IMG/VR virus record: IMGVR_UViG_3300020578_000074
Coordinates: 1-61,434 of that record
Source: a virus
Taxonomy: Duplodnaviria; Caudoviricetes
Strand: one strand, 5' to 3'
DNA: 61,434 nt
Shown here: in pieces, positions 29,728-37,481 of the stretch
How the letters are laid out: every line of letters begins with the position of its first letter
How positions within the stretch are numbered: the stretch's first letter is position 1
Notes under the pieces: model-generated
Seen by the model: the letters and a program-made list of their open reading frames with translations, nothing else
Databases searched by the model: none
Told to the model about the DNA's origin: nothing
Made by a program: the position numbers and the translations under genes

Positions 29728-30933
29728 CTACATGGTTTGGTTCAGGTGTCCTTTTACCAACCTAGCGAAATCGGATAGTGATAAAACCTTTAGAGATTTA
29801 GGTACTTCTTCCGTCTTGGGGACTCCAAGGGTAGCTTCTACCCTTGGAACTTCTATCCTTGGAACTTCCATTTTGGGGATACCACCTAGCTTCCACTTCA
29901 ATAAATCACACTTAAACATAGCTGAAGTAGGGCGTAAAGGACGGCTCGCCAAACTATCCGATAAACTCAACAGAGATAATCCATAAGTGTCCCATATCTT
30001 TTGAATGGCATCTTTGTCCCAATAGGGGGGCGGTGTCCCTGCCCCCATGCCCAATGAGATGGCATACATACAAGCCGACAACAATCTATCATATGCAGTT
30101 CCCACAGGCGTAGACTCCAATAACTCGTCCGCTAGAGATAAACTGCCTCCATTGTCGGATAACAACATCTTACATATCGTATCGTTCCTATCCACATGAA
30201 GATAACTTCTCACACCCTTGAGTGTCACACTCCCCTCACACGCTGAGGCTACACCCTCAATCGCCTTAAGGGCATCTCTTATATGCCCCTCTGTAAAGTC
30301 CGCTATCAACAATAAGGCTTCCCTCTCCCAACCTAGCTTTTCTTGCTCACACACCCATTGAAGTCTATCCGCTATCTCTTCTGAACTCACATGACGAATA
30401 ATAAACGCAGGTGCACAACGGCTCAGTACCGTTTGTCTCATCTTCTCAGGCTCAGTAGTGGCGAATATCACCACCAACCTTTTATCCATTGTCCCCTTCT
30501 CGTTTTCCTCCATTGGCTTCAACAGAGCATCGAGAGCATCTTTGGATAACTGATGTGCCTCGTCAAACAGGTAAAGTTTCCTATTCCCCGAAAAGCTAGA
30601 ATATCCGATTTCCTCCAACAGCTTCTTCACATCCGCCTTGCCTGAATTTGTAGCCGCATCCACCTCGACAAAACTATCCGATGTTCCGCTCATCATGGAT
30701 AAACATGAATCACACTCATCACAAGGTTCGCCGTCTTTTGGACTCATGCACAACAAGGCACGAGCCATGATGCGACCTAAGGTCGTCTTACCTGACCCAT
30801 AAGGACCTGCGAATAGGTAGGACTGCCTCCACCCTGCACCCGATTTGATAAAGCCCCTCAGGGCTTGTATCGACCCTTGTTGACCCAAGACATCTCGATA
30901 GGTTCTAGGTCTGTATTTTGTATCCAATGACAT
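29728..30933 (-). CDS. dnaX: DNA polymerase III gamma/tau clamp-loader ATPase
   Basis: KYRP, GPYGSGKTT, Zn module C..PCDECDSC, EVDAA, DEAHQLS, ATTEPEK, SRC, GHIRDA. Confidence 0.93.
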   Translation of the reverse strand: MSLDTKYRPRTYRDVLGQQGSIQALRGFIKSGAGWRQSYLFAGPYGSGKTTLGRIMARALLCMSPKDGEPCDECDSCLSMMSGTSDSFVEVDAATNSGKADVKKLLEEIGYSSFSGNRKLYLFDEAHQLSKDALDALLKPMEENEKGTMDKRLVVIFATTEPEKMRQTVLSRCAPAFIIRHVSSEEIADRLQWVCEQEKLGWEREALLLIADFTEGHIRDALKAIEGVASACEGSVTLKGVRSYLHVDRNDTICKMLLSDNGGSLSLADELLESTPVGTAYDRLLSACMYAISLGMGAGTPPPYWDKDAIQKIWDTYGLSLLSLSDSLASRPLRPTSAMFKCDLLKWKLGGIPKMEVPRIEVPRVEATLGVPKTEEVPKSLKVLSLSDFARLVKGHLNQTM

Positions 30934-30995
30934 CGGCTGTCCCTTAGGTCTATAGGTTCATCCGAACCTTATAGAAGGAGCACCCGCAACGCCAA

Positions 30996-31382
30996 TCAGA
31001 AACCAATAGCTAATCCCGTTTTAGCCTCAAACACTCTCCGAAGCTCCGAGCTATACACATTTTCGGCTGTGCTCACCACCTTCATTTTCGCACCACGGAC
31101 TCTAATAAACTCTAGGTCATAAAGGTCTAACCCATTTAGAGTAATCCTAACTACATTCACCGCCCCTGCATGGGGGAACAAGTTGAAGTGTAACTCCACC
31201 CCATTGGGCAAACTTTTGATCCCCTTTAATCCAATAAACACCTGTAGTTTTCTCGCTCCACCAAGCTGATCGACAATCTCACTAGCGACATTGTTCGCCC
31301 TCTTGCGGGTATTTCCACCCTCAAGGCGGGCTACTCTCATCTTAAGGCTTCTTAAAACTTCTGCTGCGGTTCTTATTGTCAT
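30996..31382 (-). CDS. Hypothetical protein with shared leader; paralog of 37139-37468
   Basis: Starts MTIRTAAEVLRSLKMRVARLEGG; perfect 18-bp stem 31393-31432 upstream. Confidence 0.8.
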   Translation of the reverse strand: MTIRTAAEVLRSLKMRVARLEGGNTRKRANNVASEIVDQLGGARKLQVFIGLKGIKSLPNGVELHFNLFPHAGAVNVVRITLNGLDLYDLEFIRVRGAKMKVVSTAENVYSSELRRVFEAKTGLAIGF

Positions 31383-31449
31383 GATCAAATCTCCAAGGGG
31401 TCAATGGATAGATTTATCCATTGACCCCTTGGGTGTTATTTAATATCTA

Positions 31450-31707
31450 TTAAACGACTTGGACACTTATGGACATTAGGTTAAACCTATCTCTTAGCCC
31501 TTCCAACATCGGGTCTTCCGCTAAAAGAATAACCTCATAAGGTTCTTCGAGATAGAGAACCGCCAAAGGGCTTTTCACCTGCACTATGCTCTCTAATCTC
31601 TCAAGAGCCATTCTGTTTTCGGCTCTAATATCCAAGATCATCGCAGGTATGTCGAGGTCAGACAACGAGGTGATCACATAAATTGGAGAGTATTTCATCT
31701 TAGTCAC
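31450..31707 (-). CDS. Hypothetical protein
   Basis: ORF directly downstream of tRNA-Gly; start uncertain. Confidence 0.5.
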   Translation of the reverse strand: MTKMKYSPIYVITSLSDLDIPAMILDIRAENRMALERLESIVQVKSPLAVLYLEEPYEVILLAEDPMLEGLRDRFNLMSISVQVV

Positions 31708-31710
31708 CTA

Positions 31711-31782
31711 AGCGGGAAACGGGACTTGAACCCGCAACATTCAGCTTGGAAGGCTGACGCTCTACCATTGAGCTATTCCCGC
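31711..31782 (-). tRNA. tRNA-Gly (TCC)
   Basis: GCGGGAA acceptor stem, GCTCAATGGTAGAGC D arm, TCAGC-CTTCCAA-GCTGA anticodon arm, GGTTCAAGTCC T arm; CCA not encoded. Confidence 0.95.
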
Positions 31783-31840
31783 ATCTAATCTCAGAATACC
31801 AACTTTTTCTATAAAGTCAAACAAGAAAGGATAAACTACT

Positions 31841-32080
31841 TTGGATAAACCTGATGTTGTTTACGCTAGGGGTCTAATCCGTGACTTGTCCGTCTTAACT
31901 ACAAGTCCTCAGGCATATCCTGAATCTGAAAGGCAAGAGTTAATCGAGGAGCTATACATAGAATGTAGGAGGTTTACAACCTACTGCAAGAGACTACAAC
32001 CTACTGCAAGAGATACAGACCCCACTATCCAAAACCTTCGAGTGGTTCTTGTGGGTCTGCAAAATATACTTAGCCCTTAG
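31841..32080 (+). CDS. Hypothetical protein
   Basis: AAGGA RBS, TTG start; contains a 20-bp tandem repeat near 31975-32013. Confidence 0.45.
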   Translation: MDKPDVVYARGLIRDLSVLTTSPQAYPESERQELIEELYIECRRFTTYCKRLQPTARDTDPTIQNLRVVLVGLQNILSP

Positions 32081-32189
32081 GTAGGGTCACATCGTGAACC
32101 CACACGGATAGTCTCTCGCACCCAATCAAATGCAGTAGCTCCATGATAGGATGACCAATCAGGTTATGGATGGTGTACCTGAACTTCAT
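32070..32189 (-). CDS. 39-aa small protein absent from the ORF track
   Basis: MKFRYTIHNLIGHPIMELLHLIGCERLSVWVHDVTLPKG; ATGA coupling to the upstream stop. Confidence 0.6.
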   Translation of the reverse strand: MKFRYTIHNLIGHPIMELLHLIGCERLSVWVHDVTLPKG

Positions 32190-32512
32190 AGTTCATAACC
32201 TGCCTTGGTCAACAAGCTAGATGGATTTGACTTTAGCCTAGTCTTCTTCTTGGCGGTGGTGGGGGCGACCACCTCAGATGGGGGGGCTGCATTCTCAGAT
32301 GGGGGGGTGGTCTTCCCCTCAATAAACTGAAGAAGCGTATCCGCTGTTGTTAAGACATCAGATAGGGAAATAACTTCTCCCTCACTCCGTGAGGCACGAA
32401 CAAGCTCAAGCGAGAAGTTGAGTACATCGAAACGAAAACCCTGTACCCGATACTTCTTCTCAAACTTCAGTTCAGATTTCTTGATATCAAGCTCAGTCAT
32501 TTCATGCTCCAA
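32186..32512 (-). CDS. Hypothetical protein
   Basis: ORF with plausible composition; start may be ATG 32500. Confidence 0.65.
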   Translation of the reverse strand: MEHEMTELDIKKSELKFEKKYRVQGFRFDVLNFSLELVRASRSEGEVISLSDVLTTADTLLQFIEGKTTPPSENAAPPSEVVAPTTAKKKTRLKSNPSSLLTKAGYEL

Positions 32513-32591
32513 GTGTGGTGGCGGGTCAAATGGATTATACCCTTATAATCCATTTATAATCGTTGTGAAGCGATGTGCAAAAGGATAATAA

Positions 32592-33485
32592 ATGAGAGTA
32601 CACACAAGCCACACTAGAATCAGTACGAGGACAGCGATGGAGAGGACAGCGATGGAGCGTAGAGCGGCTGAAATCCGTATCGCTCAACTAGAGATGAAAG
32701 TAGCCTTACTAGAGATTGAAGCAGGTTTAGGTGACCACCTAAAGACCTTCTTCATAAACTATATCCAAAGTCCCGTTGTTTCTATAGCTTCTCTGCCTAA
32801 AAAGCTGTGGACAGAATTGTATAAAAAAGGGAAGCCCCTAGATGATATCTTTGAGATTGCTATAAAGCATCTCGCCCCCGAAATCACAAAAAAAGTGCGT
32901 GAGGCTCAGATTGAACTCCATGTGGAGGAGTTTAAAGCGGGTTTTGAAGCAAGAGAGACAGAACTAGCTTTGGGAGGCGGATATGCCGAGTTTGTTTTGG
33001 ATGACGACCACTCGGATGATTGGATAGCAGGATACAAGTACAGGGAAGAAAAGGGTGGGGTGTGGACTTCTGACCTACAAAAAGAGGTGGTAGAGATCGG
33101 ACTACGCGAGTGGTCTGATCTAATTGAAGTGTCCGTAGTCAAAACCACACTCATAGATATATTCCAAGCAGTCAATCCGATTGAACTTCTAAAGAGCATT
33201 TGGAAATCGGTTAAGAAGTATGGGATAAAAGTCGCCATACCAATTGTCATTATGGAAATACTGATTACAACCGTGCCTTTGTGGGCGACTAAATTAGTGG
33301 GACCAAAAGCGGCTCTGATTATGTCACAAATACCTGTGACCGAGCTACTTACCCCCGCATATCTAAAGTGGCTCGGAAGCGGATCAGCAGATGAGGATGT
33401 TGATGGGTATTTAGATTGGTACGAAAAGGAATTTGGGTCTGTTAAACTAGCAGGTCACACCCGCTCTTCTCGGATTCCATTCTAA
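32592..33485 (+). CDS. Hypothetical protein with divergent leader and hydrophobic segment
   Basis: RTAMERTAMERRAAEIRIAQLEMKVALLEIEAG; TAATCCATTTAT at 32546-32557. Confidence 0.75.
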   Translation: MRVHTSHTRISTRTAMERTAMERRAAEIRIAQLEMKVALLEIEAGLGDHLKTFFINYIQSPVVSIASLPKKLWTELYKKGKPLDDIFEIAIKHLAPEITKKVREAQIELHVEEFKAGFEARETELALGGGYAEFVLDDDHSDDWIAGYKYREEKGGVWTSDLQKEVVEIGLREWSDLIEVSVVKTTLIDIFQAVNPIELLKSIWKSVKKYGIKVAIPIVIMEILITTVPLWATKLVGPKAALIMSQIPVTELLTPAYLKWLGSGSADEDVDGYLDWYEKEFGSVKLAGHTRSSRIPF

Positions 33486-33643
33486 GAGTACAGCTCAATT
33501 ACCAACCACGCGATTAAATAGGCGATCACAAACTCTGCGGCTATAAGAACTAAAAACCAATAGCCTAACGCCATCATCCAAAGTCCCACTAAAACGCTCG
33601 ACCAAATACCAACTTTAAAAGCAAAAAAATCTTCACTATCCAT
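33482..33643 (-). CDS. 53-aa small membrane protein absent from the ORF track
   Basis: MDSEDFFAFKVGIWSSVLVGLWMMALGYWFLVLIAAEFVIAYLIAWLVIELYS; GGGG/AGGA upstream. Confidence 0.5.
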   Translation of the reverse strand: MDSEDFFAFKVGIWSSVLVGLWMMALGYWFLVLIAAEFVIAYLIAWLVIELYS

Positions 33644-33658
33644 TTCCTGTCCCCTTAA

Positions 33659-33703
33659 AGATGAAGCCCTCCATTCCCCTTATCGGAATGGAGGGCTTCA
33701 TCT
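33659..33703 (-). terminator. Strong hairpin, probable terminator of 33717-34289
   Basis: Perfect 19-bp stem with 7-nt loop. Confidence 0.7.
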
Positions 33704-33716
33704 AGCCCCTTCTATC

Positions 33717-34289
33717 TTAGAACCCGAAGTTTGTCTTAGCCGCCTTTTCAGCTCTGATCTCTTCTTCCAAGGCTTTACACGCAAAGGTAGCGATGATGGT
33801 GTAGGGGTCTTTTCCGATCACCCGCACTTCTCCTCCCTCATTTACTTCCCAAACTGCAAGATAACCCTTCTTATCATCTAGCTCACTAATATCATCCGCC
33901 TTCCCAAACTTCTCCACAAATTTCTTAAGTACCGACATCAGAGCCTTCGATGGACCGCCTAGACCATCCTGAAACTGATTCGAGTAAGAAATCTTTACTG
34001 CGACTAGCTTGCCCTCAAAAAAGATGAACGCATTCATGTCAAAGACAGGGCGATTATCCTGAGGGAACACAAGTACAAGATTGCCGTCCTGCTTCTCGAT
34101 GTTGTACTTGGGATACTTCTTACGGATAGCAGCATCAACAGTCTTGATATCCATTCCATAGGTAACGAAATCCACGGGGAGCGTGTACTTGGATTTACCG
34201 CAGGTTTCTTGTGCAAAGACTGCCGTACCTGTGGACATAAAAACCGCTGCACACATAAGAGACGCAAACAAGAGAACTGACTTCTTCAA
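33717..34289 (-). CDS. Exported protein with Sec signal peptide
   Basis: MKKSVLLFASLMCAAVFMSTGTAVFA-QE; AAGGA RBS. Confidence 0.75.
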   Translation of the reverse strand: MKKSVLLFASLMCAAVFMSTGTAVFAQETCGKSKYTLPVDFVTYGMDIKTVDAAIRKKYPKYNIEKQDGNLVLVFPQDNRPVFDMNAFIFFEGKLVAVKISYSNQFQDGLGGPSKALMSVLKKFVEKFGKADDISELDDKKGYLAVWEVNEGGEVRVIGKDPYTIIATFACKALEEEIRAEKAAKTNFGF

Positions 34290-34337
34290 GGCATTTTTCC
34301 TTTGAAGCGGGTTGAGGGATATCCCCTTATACTACAC

Positions 34338-34535
34338 TTAGAACGGGTTTTTCTCTATCGCTGCGATTATTTTTCTTAAGCAATCTATCTCTTGCTCAAG
34401 TAACTCTTTGTACTCCTTATCCGAGTATCCAAATGGGGTTGGATATTTCCCCCTTGAATGGGAAGCCAACACACCCTCTTTATTGGATAGTTTGTCTTTT
34501 ATGGGGACAAGAACTTGGCGTTTTATTTCATTCAT
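34338..34535 (-). CDS. Hypothetical protein
   Basis: GAGGG RBS before ATG 34535. Confidence 0.55.
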   Translation of the reverse strand: MNEIKRQVLVPIKDKLSNKEGVLASHSRGKYPTPFGYSDKEYKELLEQEIDCLRKIIAAIEKNPF

Positions 34536-34553
34536 GGTGTTACCCTCAGGCAT

Positions 34554-34679
34554 GGGCTACCTGCCTCTCAGATGTGTCTAGTAAAAAGGGTACCCGTTTC
34601 AAATAAGGCACGCTAGAAATGCCAATAGAACAAGAATGAGCATAGGGGTAAGTCTTACGACACCACCTCCGATTTAATG
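34554..34679 (+). repeat. Degenerate direct copies of 37056-37155 and 35924-35965
   Basis: Exact blocks of 19, 15 and 10 bp shared with 37056-37139; 13 and 26 bp shared with 35924-35965. Confidence 0.85.
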
Positions 34680-34736
34680 TAATGCTCTCTAAGAGAGTCA
34701 TACCACGCCATCGCGACTGTCTCACCCAACTATCAT

Positions 34737-35861
34737 TCAAGACTTCTCAATGAGGAAAAGAAACTCCCTGTTTGGCTTCTCGGCTTCAGCGACCCACTCG
34801 TGGGTCCACCGCATTCCAGCCATCACATTTTTTCGATAATCGACTTCAAGCAACTCAACAACAGAGCCAACTGATTTAATTACATCATTCAGTTCTTGGG
34901 CCGTCGCTCGTCCGCCCGAACTATATGACAAGATTATGTGCTTCGCCTGAGCCTCCGCGAGCATCCGTTCGATGGCTTCAACGGCGACAAATCGCCCGCT
35001 ATCACCCTTCCGAAATTCTTCGAACCGAGAACCTGCCACTTTGTCGGAGCTATCGTCTCTGCGTCCAACTTTCCCAAAGATCGAGGGCTTGTCGTTCAAG
35101 CAAATCGAGGTCCACAGGTGGTAATAGGCTGAGTATCGCACCCTAGAGGGCGGCATCTTTTCATTGTTTGAACCGTAAGGTGGATCGAAGTATGCGAGGT
35201 CTACTTCAGTAGTTGGCAACAAGTCGAAGATGTCCCCGCGTTTTACAGTATGCGTTTCTCTTTGAGGAAAGATACGGGGGACTTGCAACTTTAGTTTGTT
35301 GTAGGAGCGGGGAGACCAATCGTTTAGATAAGATGAGAAATGACCAATAGTGCTGTCCACGGTATCCAGACCCCGAATAAGGCTAGTCAGCAGCACGGCC
35401 CGTTCGACTTTCGATAAAGAAAGCCGGTCTATTTCTTCCCGTATTGCATCGAGTCGCTGAGTGTTGTGTTTTTGCCACGGTTTTTTCTGACCATCAACAC
35501 CAACAGAACATCCGCTGTTTGGTTCACCACCATAATGCTCGGTGAACCATCCATCCCGACCGGGCAGGGCGTTCAAATGATCGACCATCGGCTGGTAATG
35601 CTCCTTTGAATCCTCGTTGAGCAGATAACATATACCGAATATCTCTGACCAAATAGAAATGTCATTTGCAACTACTCTGTAGCCTGACTGAGCTAAGGCT
35701 TGTGACACGCGAGTTGTGCCAGAAAAACCATCGAGAACCGTGCGGGGCTTTACCTTATCAACCAATTGAAGAATGTAGGGCAAAAGTTTTAACTTCGAGC
35801 CTGCATACTTGATACCCTCGGTTGTGGGGGCATCGACAACTAGGTCAGAAAAGAGTGACAT
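34737..35861 (-). CDS. Adenine-specific DNA methyltransferase (D12/FokI-like alpha group)
   Basis: IKYAGSKLKL, DGFSGT, YFDPPY, ILSYS. Confidence 0.88.
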   Translation of the reverse strand: MSLFSDLVVDAPTTEGIKYAGSKLKLLPYILQLVDKVKPRTVLDGFSGTTRVSQALAQSGYRVVANDISIWSEIFGICYLLNEDSKEHYQPMVDHLNALPGRDGWFTEHYGGEPNSGCSVGVDGQKKPWQKHNTQRLDAIREEIDRLSLSKVERAVLLTSLIRGLDTVDSTIGHFSSYLNDWSPRSYNKLKLQVPRIFPQRETHTVKRGDIFDLLPTTEVDLAYFDPPYGSNNEKMPPSRVRYSAYYHLWTSICLNDKPSIFGKVGRRDDSSDKVAGSRFEEFRKGDSGRFVAVEAIERMLAEAQAKHIILSYSSGGRATAQELNDVIKSVGSVVELLEVDYRKNVMAGMRWTHEWVAEAEKPNREFLFLIEKS

Positions 35862-35940
35862 ATTTGAACCCTTATAAGAAGTTAGATTCTTACCAATTTC
35901 GGAATAGATACTTTACTTCATTAAAGAATGAGCATATGGC

Positions 35941-36990
35941 TTACGACACCACCTCCGATTTAATGATCTGTATATTTCTAGGGTTGAAAGTGACAACCTC
36001 TGGTTGATTATCCACTAGGTGTTCTCCACCACTCCAAACTATTGCGTCATAGCCTTCATGTTGAGCCCTCTTTGCTTCTGCAAGGTCTTGAACAAGTTTC
36101 ACATTATCCGCTCTTACAAGGCAGGTAAGAACTCTAGGCTCAATAGGTGAGGGGTCAATACCAAGCTCAGTTAAGAGTAGACTGATTCTACCTCTTGATG
36201 TACCCACTCCGCCACTTAAAAGATCAAACACATGATCTCTTGTGTTGTTAGTTGTATCTTGGCGAGTTCTTGATCCCTCTATGCCTTTAAGGAGATCAAC
36301 AAGAGTATTGATGTCAATACCGAAGGTGTCTAGGTATTCAGAGATTGTAAGACCTCGTGCTTTTGACTCCAAAATCTCATCGAGATTATCGTCCCAACCT
36401 TGACGATAGACATATTCAGCGAACGCATACATCTCTTTGGGGAGGTGTTTCTTTAAAAGAGGAAACACCTCCTCATAAGAGACATCCCCATTTCGTTGAG
36501 CGTGAGCATATCTTGTGGCGGTCTTTTTACTAACTGAGAAGAAGAATCCTTTGCCTACAAACGCTTCTTGTTCTAAGAGCTGAGTTCTCATACTTTCAGC
36601 GGTGAAGGATTTGAAGTCGGAAGTTGTGCCGTGATAGACAACAATAGGTTTGCCACTATGTAGGAAGGCATTGATCTCTTTATTGTAGAAGAAGGTGGGC
36701 TCAGGATGTCCTTGTCGCTCATAGCTAAAGCGAACCATGCCTCTACCTGCTTGCTTGATAAGAAATCTCAAGATCACATCATCCGACTTGGTTGCCTCCT
36801 CAGATAAGATATGAATCTTGTCATTAATCCAACGAGCAAAGATTGAGTTGAGCTTCACAAGAGTTCTTCCGTCTGAGAAGAGTACTCTCCCATCAGCTTC
36901 TCTCTCCATGACGAAGGCTTTGACCACTTTCTTATCTATCTCTGAGAGTTGATAAGTAGAGCTTCCGATAACTCTTTTGGCTTGATACAT
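35941..36990 (-). CDS. Protein with ADP-ribosyltransferase-like (polyvalent ART) domain
   Basis: VYHGT..F..F, GKGFFFS, A.RYA, GYDAIV, EVVTFNP.NI; GAGG RBS before ATG 36990. Confidence 0.7.
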   Translation of the reverse strand: MYQAKRVIGSSTYQLSEIDKKVVKAFVMEREADGRVLFSDGRTLVKLNSIFARWINDKIHILSEEATKSDDVILRFLIKQAGRGMVRFSYERQGHPEPTFFYNKEINAFLHSGKPIVVYHGTTSDFKSFTAESMRTQLLEQEAFVGKGFFFSVSKKTATRYAHAQRNGDVSYEEVFPLLKKHLPKEMYAFAEYVYRQGWDDNLDEILESKARGLTISEYLDTFGIDINTLVDLLKGIEGSRTRQDTTNNTRDHVFDLLSGGVGTSRGRISLLLTELGIDPSPIEPRVLTCLVRADNVKLVQDLAEAKRAQHEGYDAIVWSGGEHLVDNQPEVVTFNPRNIQIIKSEVVS

Positions 36991-37138
36991 ACGACACCTC
37001 TTTTTTCCTATGCTCACGCATAAAATGAGTAACAAAAAAATACATTTCCAACGGAGGGCTACCTGCCTCTCAGAGATTGGATAAACAGCGTTTTTTTTTG
37101 TTTATCAAATAAGGCACGCAGAATAAAGGAGAAATGCC

Positions 37139-37468
37139 ATGGGCCAATGGAACAAAATAGCCTCAAGCCTCGACCCATTAACTGAGCGGATATTGGATAG
37201 TTTGGGTGGTTTGAAGCGTGTGACCCAAACCACGGGACTTCAGGTCGTAAACTCCAAAGCTGATGGGGTGGTTTTGACCTTCCCTCTGGATATGAACACC
37301 GACTTCCCTAACCAAGTCGAAATCACCCTAAGCGGAAAAGGATATGATTTATCCTTTTTTGCGTTTAGGGGTGGTCGGACAAAGAAGGTATCTGAGGTCA
37401 AGAATGTGCCGCTCTCTATGATCAAAAAGGTCATCGAGAACAAGACCGACCTATACCTCACCATCTAA
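37139..37468 (+). CDS. Hypothetical protein; paralog of 30996-31382
   Basis: ILDSLGG..NQVEITL..YDLSF..ENKTDL aligns with IVDQLGG..NVVRITL..YDLEF..EAKTGL. Confidence 0.75.
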   Translation: MGQWNKIASSLDPLTERILDSLGGLKRVTQTTGLQVVNSKADGVVLTFPLDMNTDFPNQVEITLSGKGYDLSFFAFRGGRTKKVSEVKNVPLSMIKKVIENKTDLYLTI

Positions 37469-37481
37469 AGGAGCAGATAAA

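Noticed and set aside
34546-34740. 64-aa ORF as a real gene
   Set aside because: Largely made of decayed copies of other intergenic and gene-end DNA
34554-37155. Diversity-generating retroelement TR/VR pair
   Set aside because: Differences are indels and block substitutions, not adenine-specific; no reverse transcriptase in the window
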